From: Neophaeotheca triangularis
Lineage: Eukaryota
Assembly: GCA_054600435.1 (NCBI GenBank)
Contig: BAAIJX010000028.1
Span: 62,001-126,000, forward strand
DNA: 64,000 bases
Reading direction: 5' to 3'
Shown here: piece by piece, positions 10,755 to 24,100 of the stretch
How the letters are laid out: the number at the start of each line of letters is the position of its first letter
How positions within the stretch are numbered: the first letter of the stretch is position 1
The notes under the pieces: generated by a model
What the model was told of the DNA's origin: nothing
Database searches by the model: none
What the model saw: only the letters and a program-made list of their open reading frames with translations
Translations under genes and position numbers: made by a program

Positions 10755-13700
10755 ATGGCGACCCCTCAAGATGCACGCGCTGCCCGTCTGTCCAAGCTGC
10801 TTCATAGCTACACCCAAGGCAGCAGAGCTGCAAAGAGTGCCGCTGATGGCAAACTACTGCTCGAAGCAATCGCCGCTCAACAGGACTCTGTGGGGTGCGT
10901 CGAACGCCTTGTCGCAAGCAAAAATGCACATGCAGCCCTGCAACTGGCCCTTCGGTTTGATTTGACGCCCACGTTCTTCAACAGCACTTTCAAAGACTTC
11001 ATCACTGTTCTCAGAGATCCAGCCGTCAGACAGGCTTGCGGAGGCCATTTGTGCAAGCAGTTGTTGACAGTCACTTTGAACCCACCCACTCTGTGGACTG
11101 CTCTCTCGGCCGCACATGACAGCAGACAGCTTACGGTAGAGGGTGAAATCTGCTTCGCATGGTTGTTGTTTGAGCTCATCACCTGGACCGACCACCCACC
11201 GATTATTGCCGACGAACTCGCCCAGGATATCACGAAACGGAAAAGTTTCCTGGCCGCCGAAGATCACGAACTACGTACTCTGTAAGATTCACGGACACTG
11301 TGGTATCGCCCGCGACAGGATAAGCTAACACACTATTCCAGGGGCTATCGAATCGAGAACGTACTACAAACAAAAGAGACTGGAGCTAGACAAGATGCGT
11401 ATGCTCCTGGGGGACGGCACGATAACGATCACTCGGACTTTCGCAAGATCGCCTTCTTCCCTACCAACGATGAGCTACTCAGCAAGCAAATGCCGTTCTA
11501 CCTCCCAGCAAACGCCATCAAGCAGAAGTCGTTCTCAGAGAGACCAGGTTCTCACTTGGAGAATCAATTCCGATTACTCCGTGAAGACTTTCTTGCAGAG
11601 CTCCGTGACGACATCAAGGCAAGCACTGGGGGAGACAAACGACATCGCCACCCACGTACTGTGCTGCAGGGGTTGGCCCTGGCGGGTATGTACTGCGGGG
11701 ATAGAAAGTTCAAGACTCCTTTCGCATTGACGCTGTCAGTTCAGCGTGGCCTAGAAGAGCTCACCAAACGAGACGAGAGTCAGCGCAAAGCTTTCGTGAA
11801 GAACAACCCAAAGTACCTGAAGCATCAATCATTTGGCTGCGTCCTCGATCGCCAACAAATCGTTACCTTTGCCACGCTCATCCGCGCCGAGGACAAGCTC
11901 CTCGAAGAGGTTCCGCTCGTCACTCTTCGGGTTCCAGACCGGAAGTCCCTAGAGAACCTGCTATTGACCCTCAAAACCTCGGAAACGGCGAAATTCGTCC
12001 TTGTTGACACTCCAGTCTTTGCTTACGAACCCGTCCTTCGGTGCTTGCAGTCGACAGTCGAATTGCCACTATCGCAGGAGCTCTTTGCCGTGAGTGCCGA
12101 AGAGATTGAGGCAAGCGTACGCGAGTCCAAGGTCTCACCTCTTGATCTACTTGACGATATCAAAATGGGCGCAAGCGGAGATCTGCAAAAAGCCCTTTCG
12201 CTGCCCAAATCCGTCACCTTGGACAATTCTCAGCTGGAATCTCTCATGGCCGGGTTGTATCAGTCCGTGAGCCTGATTCAAGGGCCACCTGGGTGTGGCA
12301 AGTCTTTCATCGGCTCCTTAATGACAAAGGCGTTGATCGAGAACACTTCGGAAAAGATACTCGTGCTTTGCTACACCAACCACGCCTTGGATCAATTCCT
12401 GTAAGACCTGTTAGACACTGGCATCTCGCCCGATGACATAGTCCGCTTGGGAGCTAAATCTACACCTCGGACAGAGTCGCTTCAGCTGTTTAAGCCGTCT
12501 TTCAAAGGCCAGCGTCCTTGGAACGTAATCAATGCCAAGAAAGATGAGGCGGACGAGCACGAGAGCAAGTTGAGAGGCTTGCTGTCGGCGCTGAAGAGCT
12601 TCAAGGTCAGCGATCAGAGCCTTATGGAATATCTGGAGTTTGAAGAGGACGACTCGGATTTCTACAAAGCCTTCCAGCTCCCCGAGCACGACGCAGAAGA
12701 GCAAATCATCGGCGAAGGTGGAAAGAAGGTCACCAAGTTCTACCTTCTTCAACGATGGGCTCGCGGTCAAGATGCAGGCATATTCTCGGCAATCATCTCG
12801 GATGACTTTTTGCACATCTGGACCATGGGTAGAGACAGCAGAGCCAAGAAGCTTGATTCGTGGAGAGAGCAGCTCGTGAAAGAGAGCATCGGTGGAATCG
12901 GAAGCATCGTCGATGCGTACAACAAGAGCGAGCACATTATACGCGAGGCCTTTGACCAAAAGAACGCCGAGATCATCCAAACAAAACGAATCATTGCTTG
13001 TACAACTACCGCGGCGGCCAAATACACCAAGCAGCTGCGCAGTGCCTCGCCTGGTATCGTTGTCGTTGAAGAAGCCGGAGAGATTTTGGAAAGCCACATT
13101 CTCACTGCGCTTACACCTGAGACCAAGCAGCTCATACTCATTGGCGATCACCAACAGCTTCGTCCGAAGATAAACAACTACGCGCTGACCGTGGAGAATC
13201 ATAGTGGCTACGATTTGAACCGTTCCATGTTTGAGCGTCTCATCCTCGGCGGGTTTCCTCACACCACACTGCTACAACAGCACCGGATGTGCCCAGAGAT
13301 ATCCTCTCTGGTCCGCCACCTTACGTACCCTGACCTTGAGGACGCGCCCTCTACTCGCGACCGCGACCCACTTCGAGGCTTGTCAAGCCGAGTGGTGTTC
13401 ATCGACCACCGCAATCTTGAGCTCGCGGCGTCAGCTGTAGCCGACCGCCGTGACGCCGGCTCAACAGTTTCCAAGCAGAATCAGTGGGAAGCCTCGATGA
13501 TTTTGAAGGTGGTTCGCTACATGGCCCAGCAGGGCTATGGTACTGCGAACCAAGCAGTACTCACTCCGTATCTCGGGCAGCTGAGTCTGTTACGTCAGGA
13601 ACTATCCAAGGAGCATGACCCCGTACTCAGCGATTTAGACTCTTTCGAGCTTGTGAAGGCCGGCTTGCTATCGCCTGCCAATGCTGCGCAACAGAAGCGT

Positions 13701-16700
13701 CCACTGCGCATGTCTACCATTGACAATTTCCAAGGCGAGGAGAGTGATATCGTCATCGTCAGCCTGACGCGCAGCAACGACCATGGTGACATTGGTTTCA
13801 TGGCATCCCCGGAACGACTCAACGTACTTTTATCCCGAGCCCGTGAATGCTTGGTCCTGATAGGCAATTTCGACACCTTTCTTGCAAGTCGCAAGGGCGA
13901 AGCAGTCTGGAAGCCCTTTCTGAAGATGCTCGCCGATCGCGATGAAATCTACCACGGCCTCCCGGCACGATGTCAAAGCCATCCTGATCGCCAAGTTGAG
14001 CTCAAGCAGCCAGAAGACTTTGTAGAGCTTTGCCCGGATGGGGGTTGCTTGGCCCCCTGTGAGGTAAAGCTCAGCTGTGGGTTACACAACTGCCCACAAA
14101 AGTGTCATTCACTGGCGGACCATTCAAAAATGCCCTGCCAAGAGCCCGAGAACGGCCAGTGTCCCAAAGGGCACAAGGTGAAATGGACGTGCTCCCAGCC
14201 GCTGGAGGTGTGTCCGAAGTGCGATGCTGAAGCCAAAGCCGAGGCCAAACGCCAAAGTCGCGACAAGCAGCTCGATCAAGCCAGACAGCAGAGACAAGCG
14301 CGCTATGCCGACCAGCTGGCAGAAATCCAAGATGAGATCGATCACGAGCGACGTATCATGCGGGAATCCCGTGAAGATCATGACAGGGAAAGCTCACTTC
14401 GCCAGAAGTGGCAAGACCTGGAGAATGCACGAAAACAACGGGCTCGGATGTCGAAAGAGAAGGAGACCAGCCCTCCACAAATCCCCGGCTCATTTCCCTT
14501 GGCTCCAGCTGACCAGGACATCAACCGACCCGACTCACCTTCACGGAGCAGTCAGACGGGCGATCCTCAAGATGCTAGCAACGCCACTACTGTTTCGGCA
14601 GCGCGTGGTGACTGGGAGGCACAAAAGACACTGTTTGGCGCAGACAACAAACACCTTGATGAACTGATGGATATGATTGGGCTGGAAAACGTCAAGGAAG
14701 ACTTCCTCGACCTCAAAGCCAAAGTCGATCTCACAGTGCGCCAAGGGGTCGATCTATCCAAGGAGCGGTTTGGCGTCTCGCTGCTAGGCAACCCGGGAGT
14801 CGGCAAGACGACTGTGGCACGTTTGTACGGCAAGTTCCTTGCATCTGTAGGCGCACTACCAGGAGACGAGTTTTGCGAAACGACAGGGGCCAAGCTGGCG
14901 AACCAAGGTATCGGAGGCTGCGAAAAGATTCTAGACGGGATCAAGAGCAACGGAGGCGGCACGCTATTCATTGATGAGGCGTACCAGCTCACTTCAGGAG
15001 CCAACAGTGGTGGCGCTGCCGTCCTGGACTTTCTCCTCGCCGAGGTCGAGAACCTGACAGGCAAAGTCGTCTTCATCCTCGCCGGATACAACAAAAACAT
15101 GGAGTCCTTTTTTGCCCATAATCCCGGGTTGCCTAGCCGCTTCCCTCGACGAATCCAGTTCGCTGACTACGAGGATAAAGAGTTGCTTGATATCTTCAAT
15201 TACCGACTCGCACGAAAATATGGAAAGCGAATGCAGGTCGAAGGCGGCAGCAAGGGGCTCTATGCTCGCATCGTAGTGCGACGGCTTGGTCGCGGCCGTG
15301 GGAAGGTAGGCTTTGGCAACGCTCGCGCAGTGGAGAATGCTCTCCAGAAGATCGCATCACGTCAAGCCAGGAGAGTTGGGCGAGAGCGCAGCAAGCGCAA
15401 AAACCCCAGTGACTTTCTGCTCACGATGGAAGATCTGATCGGTCCCGAACCTGAGAAGGTGCTAAAGAACAACAAGGCGTGGGAGAAGATGCAGAGTATG
15501 GTCGGTCTGTCGTCGGTCAAGGATTCAGTGCATGCCCTGTTTGAGAGTATCAAATACAACTACCAGCGAGAACTCGAGGAGAAAGCTATCATGGACTTTT
15601 CTCTCAACAAAGTCTTTCTCGGCTCGCCTGGAACTGGTAAAACTACCATCGCCAAGCTCTATGGACAGGTACTGGCCGACCTCGGGTTGCTTTCGACCAA
15701 CGAAGGTGAGTTGTTCCCATTTTCGAATACCGCCAAATACTGACAGTTTTACAGTCATCATCAAGACCCCGGCCGACTTGGTCGGAAGCGTCATCGGCGC
15801 CTCGGAAGCCAACACCAAAGCCTGTCTCGATGCCGCCATGGGCAAAGTTCTGGTCATTGACGAAGCGTATGGGCTGCACAGTGGGACGAACCCGAAAGAT
15901 CCGTACAGGATTGCCATCATCGACACAATAGTCTCCGAGGTGCAGAATGTTCCAGGCGACGATCGTTGCGTGTTGCTACTTGGTTACAAGGAACAGATGG
16001 AAAACATGATGCAGACCGCCAACCCGGGACTCGCCAGGCGTTTCCCAATCGCCTCCGGGTTCTTGTTTGAAGACTTTACCGACGGCGAACTGGCCATCAT
16101 CTTCGACTCGAAACTCAATTCTCAAGCTTTCACCGTAACGGAAAAGGCCCGGGAAGTTGCGTTTGAGTGCCTGGGTCGTATGCGCAATCGCCCAAACTTT
16201 GGCAACGCTGGTGAAATCGACATCTTGCTCAACGATGCAAAGGTTCGACAGCAGAAGCGTTTTGCTCGTGATCGCCTGCCACCGACAGCTGAGTTTGAGG
16301 CAGAAGATTTCGACCCCGACTATACTCGAGCAGATAACGCGGGCACCAATTTGCATACGCTATTCGAAGGCGTCATTGGTTGCGAGGCCATTGTCTCTCA
16401 AGTTCAGGACTATCAGAATATCGTTGCCAACATGAGGTCCATCGGCATGGACCCGAGACCGGAGCTTCCCTTTACCTTCCTCTTCCGAGGACCGCCAGGT
16501 AAGTTACGCTTCGCAACCTCGTAGAATCATACTAGGGCTAACTGTAAATAGGCACAGGCAAGACTACCACCGCTAGAAAAATGGGCCAGGTCTACTACGA
16601 TATGGGCTTCCTAGCTACCCCCGAGGTGATTGAGTGCTCTGCTAAAGATCTTATCGGCGAGTATGTCGGCCACACCGGACCAAAGGCTCAGAAGCTCATC

Positions 16701-17825
16701 GAGAGCGCACTGGGCAGAGTGCTCTTCGTGGACGAGGCTTACAGACTCGGTGATGGACAATTTGCCAAGGAAGCCGTCGATGAGCTTGTGGACTGCATCA
16801 CAAAAACGAAATTCCTCAACAAAGTCGTCATCATCCTTGCCGGCTATGTCCATGAACTCAACCGCCTGATGGACGTCAACCCAGGCCTGTCTTCGAGATT
16901 CTCTGAATCGATCGACTTCCAGCCTCTCAAGCCCAGAGACTGCCTCAAGCTCTTGCAGTCTTCGCTCGATAAGAGGAAACAAATCGACACTTCAGTCCTG
17001 TCCCCTCCAGCCGCCGACTTTGAACAACAGGCCTTGGAAAGGTTCCAGGAGCTATCTTCACTCGCCAACTTCGCCAACGGCCGGGACGTGCTGACGATTG
17101 CCAAAGCCATCACAGCCCGCATCATGAAAGGTAAAATGCCGACAAGAACCTCCCTAGCCGTGTCCAAAGGCCTCGTCATCGACGAAATCAACGTCCTGAT
17201 CTCAGAACGCAAAGCAAGAACCCACTCCGCATCTTCCCTCGCGCCGCCTATTTTGGACAGCCGCCCCCTGCCAACTCGGGCACCGACCAAGGAGCCTTCG
17301 TCCACGCCCCAGGCGACCAGCGGTGCCCCAGCCCAAGCCACCGACCCGGACACAGGCGTGCTACCGGACGAGGACCCTTCTCCAGCATCCTCCGACGACG
17401 ACGAAGGCCCGGAAGACGGCTCTCGGCCGTCACGAACCGCCAAAAGGGACGCTGGCGTCAGCGACGAAACCTGGGAGCAACTCCAAAAAGACACGTTGCT
17501 AGCAGAAGAGAAGGGGCGCGAGGGAGAAAACCTCGCGCAAGCCGAGGAAGAGCTGCGGCGGTTTTTGAAAGCGAGCGGGGACGCAAAGGAGAAGCGAGAG
17601 AGCGAGGAGGCGGAGAGGAAGAAGCGGGAGTTGGAAGATATTGAGCGGAAGAGACGGGAGGTGGAGGAGCAGCTGAGGCAGGAGGCCGAGGCGAAGGAGA
17701 AGCTGAAGCGGATGGGGAGGTGTCCTGTGGGGTATGAGTGGATCAGGCAGAGTGGTGGGTATCGTTGTGCTGGAGGGTCGCATTGGGTGTCGGACGGGCA
17801 GATGGTGAAGATGATGGGTGGTTGA
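10755..17825 (+). pseudogene. ZNFX1-like SF1 helicase + Cys/His zinc fingers + three CbbX/SpoVK-type AAA+ domains (~2300 codons; introns 11282-11341, 15706-15754, 16499-16551); interrupted by in-frame TAA at 12402-12404
   Basis: ZNFX1-type motifs PGGRHDNDHSDFRKI and QFRLLREDF. Helicase motifs QGPPGCGKS, CYTNHALDQFL, EEAGE, IGDHQQLRP, TIDNFQGEE and RLNVLLSRAR. Three Walker A motifs (GNPGVGKT, GSPGTGKT, GPPGTGKT), each with a Walker B of form hh(I/V)DEAY. Reading continues in frame through HALDQFL*DLLDTGI. Confidence 0.85.
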
Positions 17826-18180
17826 GTTTTCGAAAGCTTGTTCTTCCATGCCTGGCTGGGGGAAGGGGGAAGTTCCCTTGAGAGGGCTGGATCAGGTAGC
17901 CTTTCGATCAAGTTGATTATTACAACGGTTTCCGTAGCTTTGCGCTATTCTAGTCTCTTATCTCGGACTTCATACTCTAGCCCATTGCCCGGTTCTCATG
18001 ACGCGATAGGACTCTTTTTATCACCAAGTCGTTGACCCCGACAGAGTCCAGACACGCAAGGCTTGCCAGAAGATCTATTCGGTTATTTGGAGTCGGATAT
18101 CCTACGCCCGTACCTCGAGAAGTACTGCGAAAAGTCACCCTTTGCAAATCCTCCGTTTGCCAGTCCTCCATCTGGGTTGC

Positions 18181-20344
18181 TCACATAGCATCCCTAGGCA
18201 AATTTTTCCTCTCACTCAGCCCAATATCAGTTTCATCCCAATCGCTCCCAAGCCCACTCTCGCTGCTCCTTCTCCTGCCATCCTTTTCATCCTCACTCTC
18301 CTCAAAAGCCTTCATCATCGCCTCATGATCGTCCTCCACTCCCATACCCGCGTACGCCACGCCGCCCGCCGCGCCGGAGCTCATGGCCATCTCCTCGCCG
18401 CCTTTCCACGACTGGTCGGCTTTGTGCACCAGCCAGCCTTGGTTGGCTTCGAACCAGCTGTCCATTTCCTCAAGCGTCTTGCCTTTGGTTTCGACGACAA
18501 GGTAGTAGACCATGGGGATGAAGCAGACGTTTAGGATGGCGAAGATTAGGTAGAAGCCCCAGCGGAGGTGCTCGATGCCTGGGGGTGTAGCTTGGACGAC
18601 CTGTGGGGATTAGTTAGTAGGAGTGATGATGTGGATCGGTGGCAGGGTAAACGAACGCAGTAGTTGCTTATCCAATCGCTGGCAGTCGCCAAAGCGGCAC
18701 CCTTCCCTCTCCATTGTAAGGAGTTCACCTTGGTTCGTTAGCTTATGCAAGCATTGAATCAGAGTAGATCGGCAACTCACCTCCGCAGGGTAAAGCCAGG
18801 GCACCGAAACCCAACCGGAACTGAACGCAGTGAAAAACAAGAAAATGGACACCGTCGCTGCAATGCCGCCGCCGTTGTGTTCCGGGCTAGCAATACCCAC
18901 ACCAATAGCGACTCCCAGAAAGGCCACAGCCATGCCCCCCGCTAACACCATGAGCAACGGGCGACGACCTACACGGTCGACGAAAAAGACGGAGGCGGTG
19001 GTTGTGAGGAAGAAGCAAATAGCATTGACAGTGGCGACGATGCGGGCGGTAACTTGTTCGAGGCCGACCGAGCGGTGAAGCACGACTGGTAAGTAGTAGC
19101 AGAGAACATTAACGCCGGAGAATTGTTGCGCCTAGCGGATATTGTCAGCATTTACAGCTTTTGGATGTATTAGGAAGGAGCACTCACAGTTTGCAGCATC
19201 ATGCCCAGCAATACACGCCTAGCCGCGATACCGCCACGGAGGAGCTGCTTCCAGGAAGTCTTTGCCGCTTTAGCTTGCTCCTCTTTGACGGAACTTCTGA
19301 TTTGTTGGAAGTCTCGTTCGGCCTGATCACCGCGCTCGCACAGCAGACGAAGGACTTGTTTCGCTTCGGCGTCTCGTTTGCGTGCTAGAAGCCAACGGGG
19401 TGATTCGGGTAGCATAGGAACCATGATCATGATGATCGCGACGAAAATGAGTTGTATCCCCTGTTCATCTGCGTTAGACCGAAAAGTCAGAGAGGGGCTA
19501 GGGGATGTACTGCATACCAAAGGAAAGCGCCACTGAGCCTCGGTCATGAGCGGGCTGAAGGCGAGCGTGATAGCATTCGACAAGACGAATCCAAGGACAT
19601 TTACAGCCTATCAAGAAGTCAGCGCATGTTTAATAGCAGAAAGGCAGAGCGATGCTCACCATCTCCTTGACCACAGCCTTCCCTTTGGCTTCAGCCTCAG
19701 AAGTCTCAACATGCCAAACAGGCGCTGTAGCAGTATTGCCACCATTACCAATACCGGCGATCAGTCTCCCCCAAACGAGAAAAGCCATGGTATGCGAGAC
19801 AGTCTGCATGAGGATGCCCACACCCATGATGACGGTAAAAACAAGCAACATTCTCTTCCGCCCCAACTTCTCTCCCACGAAAATGGTCAAAATCGCCCCG
19901 GCAAAACATCCGAGATCATAGACTGAAGTGACAAACCCTTGCATTCCAGGTGAAGGGTCATTAAAATACTCGAGGAAATCCTCACCGACAATCTGATGGC
20001 GAATGTCAGCAAACCAGCAAGATACAACGAGACCCAGCACATCATGCGAATCGCGCCACGCCTGGGGGTTAGTCGGTGAAGAAACTCACAATCCCGCCAA
20101 AGACACCCTGCTCGTAACCAAACAACATCATAACCGTCCCGGCGGCGACGGAAATGGCCGAATGCAACGCCTTGCTCGACTTGAAAAACCGCCTTTTAGG
20201 CTCCTCAAGGATCTCCGGGGCGAAGGTCTTTTCGTCGACATGTTCGCCTTCGGTGCTGTTCCTCTTAAGGGTTGGCGATTCAGGTTCGTCGTACAAGGAC
20301 TCATTGCGGTGGGTACCGGTGTCGAGGCGATTGTAGTCGCCCAT
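18181..20344 (-). CDS. MFS sugar porter family transporter; 6 introns (approx. 19993-20089, 19608-19659, 19461-19517, 19132-19188, 18729-18780, 18601-18656)
   Basis: Motifs LFGYEQGVFGG, GEKLGRKR, GRLIAGIGNG, PESPRWL, QQFSGVN, DRVGRR, WLYPAE and ETKGKTLEEM. Canonical splice signals. Confidence 0.92.
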
Positions 20345-21127
20345 GGTGGTGGTGGTGGTGGTGTCTCAGATGAAGCCGGAGAAAGGAAGGGTGTTGAAGG
20401 TGACTTGCGTAGATATGGTCTCGTAAAAGTCCAGAAGCAGTATTCCAGTACCTAAGCTGATGAATGGCGAGTGTCTGCTCCCGCCCCAAAGTCTCAGCCG
20501 TAGGAAGCCCAAACAGTAGCGGAGCAGTAAACAACAACCTCAAGCTTCACGATCGACAGCATATGGAGGCGCGATCAATTGCCGTCGAAGTAACTATGCA
20601 CACAGCGACCCGGCAGGTGGTGATTATTGTTGGAGATGGTGTCAAGGTGAAGTCGGCAAACAAGAAAACAAGAGATGCGTGGGTGGAAGAGGGAGGCAGC
20701 GTGTCGTCAGGGAGTTGGGTTAGCCGAGAGGCTGAGGCGGGATAAGGTACCTTACGCTATCGCTGCTTGGCTCGCTCCGCGGCTAGGACATCTGCTTTTG
20801 GCGAATAGTCAAGCGACAGCCTCTATCACGTGATTTGTTTCTCACGTGGCGGAAGTCGGAAGTCGGAAGTCCATCTCCACTTCATCTGTTGTTCGCAAGC
20901 CACGCGCTAGCGTAGTTTCTTCTGAACCAATAAGGTAGGAAGCGACAATGCGACAAGTCAATGCTCTCACTACCATAACACATAGGTAGGCACTACCTAT
21001 CTCTAGGCCCAAGGAGATCCTCAATGTTACGAAATAAGAAAGCATCATCATCATCGATCCAGTCCAAACTCATGCGCCTCGTAATAAACCAATCCACATC
21101 GAATCATCAACTTCTCGATAACCCCCC

Positions 21128-24100
21128 CTACCAGCGCCTCCCATAAACCGCATGCTCAGCCCTCTGCCCACTGCCCCTATCCCTCTGCGCCTTCCTATCA
21201 TCAACAGTCCCACCAACTGGTCTTGCACTCTGCTGCACAGCAGCAACCGGCTTCCTTGCCATCCCCCCACCATCCTTCTCCAACAGCCCAACCTCCTTGC
21301 CCCCAGCCAAACCACTATACTTGACGTCATCCTCATGACCCGCGCCGTCTTCGGCATCCCGTCTGAACAAGCCAAGGATGTCCTTCATACTCAGCTTGCC
21401 CATCTCCTTGCCGCCTTCGATGGCCGCTTTGGCTAATTCGCGCTTCTTCTCCTGCAGTGCTAGGATCTTCTCTTCCACGCTGTCCTTGACTGTCAAGCGG
21501 AAGACTTTGACGTCGACGGTCTGGTTGAGACGGTGGACGCGATCGATAGCTTGCTCTTCGACAAAGGGGTTCCAGAAGGGTTCGAGGATGACGACGCGCG
21601 AGGCGGCTGTCAAGTTTAGCCCTAGCGACCCGCACTTGAGCGAGCACAGCAGGATGCGGGTTTTGGCATCGTTGCGCAGGGCGTTGAGGGAGGCTTCGCG
21701 CGCGTCGTTGCGCATGCTGCCGTCGTAGCGGGCGAAGCGAATGGCCGAGTGGTGGAGGTGGGGTTCGATTAGGTCGAGCATTGAGGTGAATTGGGAGAAG
21801 ACAATGGTTTTGTGTTGAGGCGTTTCAGTGTGGAGGATGCGTAGGAGGTGGCGGATTTTGGTTGATGGTTCGATGTTTAGATGGGCGGAGGGGCGCATGC
21901 CTGCGAGGACAGGGGGTGGAGAGACGGAGTCGGAGTCTGATGCGCTGTCCACGTCGCGATCGTCATCTTCGTGCTCGGCCGTGGACTTGTTGTGACCGGC
22001 TTGGTGAGAAATTTCGCTGTCGTCCTCGTCGCGTTCAGTGTCGATGGAGTCCAGAGTCTCTCCGCCACCCTCAGCGTCTTCGTCATCGGTGCCTCCAGCT
22101 TTACCCAAACTGATGTGCCTCTCCGGTCCCTCGCCAATCCACTCTCCCTCGTCATCCTCATCATCGCTATCCTGCAGAATCTTGCGATTGCGCATTCTTG
22201 GCTTCGGAGCCTCTTCCTGCTTCACCGCCTTTGTCTCCCTTTTGACTTTCTTACTCTTCTTCTGGCCTTTCTTACTCTTCAGCGCAGCAAGGTCAGCCTC
22301 ACAATCACCACACCTCGTGCCTCCCTCGCTCGCCTCATCAGCTGAAAGCTTAATCTGGCAGACATCGCAGTTTTTTGCCGCGACACTGACACCACCCATC
22401 ATGGCGGCCAGATCATCCATCTCGTCGTCTGCAGATCCTTGCTTCTTCGTGGGGCTTTGGATCCCAGTCGACAGCGCATCCTTGTCCTTGTTGAGGGCCT
22501 TCTCAATCAAATGAGGATGGTCGCAAACTTGTCGCAACCGCAGCAACATCACGAGCGCTCCCATGTATGCGTTATGACCCTTCTTGACCATGTCGTCAAG
22601 GCGGTCGTTTGCACGCTCCTGCAAACGCGTGTAGAATTCCTGCTCTTCTTCATTGAATTCGCATTCCATGTGTACAATCTCGCGCTTGACGATCTGCATG
22701 CCGCCGCTCTTCTCCTCGCCCTCCTTTGGTTTGCCACCGAAATTCAACGCGCCTTCCTTTTTCAAAATGTCCTTTGTTCGGCGCTTCATGAAAGCTCGCA
22801 GGAAGAGCTGAAGTCGTCTCATCGCCAGACCGCCTCGGCCGTTCTTCATGGGAGTCATGATGCTGTCCTTCCAAGCGCCAACCTCGCAGTAAGGCTTGAT
22901 CCGCAAGAACTTGATCAGCGACTGCAGCTCATCGAGGTTGTTCTGCATTGGCGTGCCGGTCAAACACCATCTGTACCAGCTGTTCAGCGCGCAGCATGCT
23001 TGGGTAGACTTTGCGCTCTTGTTTTTGATGCTGTGGGCTTCGTCCAGAATCACCCGGTACCAGTGCACGCCGAAACAGCCGACACGAGAGCCACCTTCGA
23101 CTGTCATGTTTGAGCCGGCATGTTCAGAGGCTAGAATTTGATAGGTGGTGATGACGACGTCGTATTTCTTGAGCTCGTAGGAAGATTTGGTGCGGCTTGG
23201 ACCGTGGTGGACGAGGACTTTCATGGCGTGGGATTTGCTGACTTTGTCTTTGATCTCGGCCTCCCATTGCTTGATGAGAGCGAGCGGGGCGACGACGAGC
23301 GTGCCTTTGCCCACTTCCTTGCTGGGTAGCTTTTGTTTGGGATGTTCTGGCTTCGCGTCTGGGCCTGGTCGTGGGTTCGTGAGAAGGAGTGAGACACTCT
23401 GAATCGTCTTGCCGAGACCCATGTCATCGGCGAGAATGCCACCCTTTGGAAGGACGCCACGGTTGTTCTTCCTGATTCCATTCTCTTTGTCGATCATCCA
23501 GGCCACACCTTCAACCTGATGTGGCAGCAGTTTGCACTTCAGACCCTCGACTGTACCATCTTCCTCATCCTCGTCTTCCTCAGGCTTAGGTCCCTCTTGC
23601 CTCTTATCCTCCACATCAAGCGTAGCGAGCCGGTCAGCAAGACTCCTAGTCTCCTTATCCTCCTCCTTTGCCTTTTTCGCGCGCTTCCTAAGACGCGTTT
23701 TCGGCTTATCCTCGTCGTCGAAAGCGCCTTCCAACAGTGCCTTTATATTCTCGTTGGCTTGGCTCGAGTCCACGTACATGTAAGGATCAGGCGCGCCGAA
23801 ACCGCCCCTCTCAGCAGCAATCTCTGCGTCAGGGTTGAATCCTTCATCGTCGTCTTGCGTGAGGTCGACAGTCTGCTTTGGCTTGGGAGGTGGTTGAGTG
23901 TAGGCTTGGTAGAGGTTGTTCGGAGCAAGGGACGAGAAGCCCGGTCTTGACGGTGGTTGGATGGTGGTCGGTGCGGTGTTGTGAGGGCGGGGGATAGGGA
24001 CAGGAGGTTGGAATGAACGTTGGTAGGGTTGAGCCATGGCGGTTCGGGCAGCTCCGACTGAGTTGGGCTGCTGCTGTGTTGGTGCTCTTGGAGCTTGGCC

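Noticed and set aside
12401..12414. GTAAGA...TTAG as a micro-intron removing the premature stop
   Set aside because: Only 14 nt, no branch site, would shift the frame, and the residues match the conserved helicase sequence.
16844..17911. Long antisense ORFs (also 12411-13262, 46989-48098, 39073-39795)
   Set aside because: Shadows of codon-biased genes on the opposite strand.
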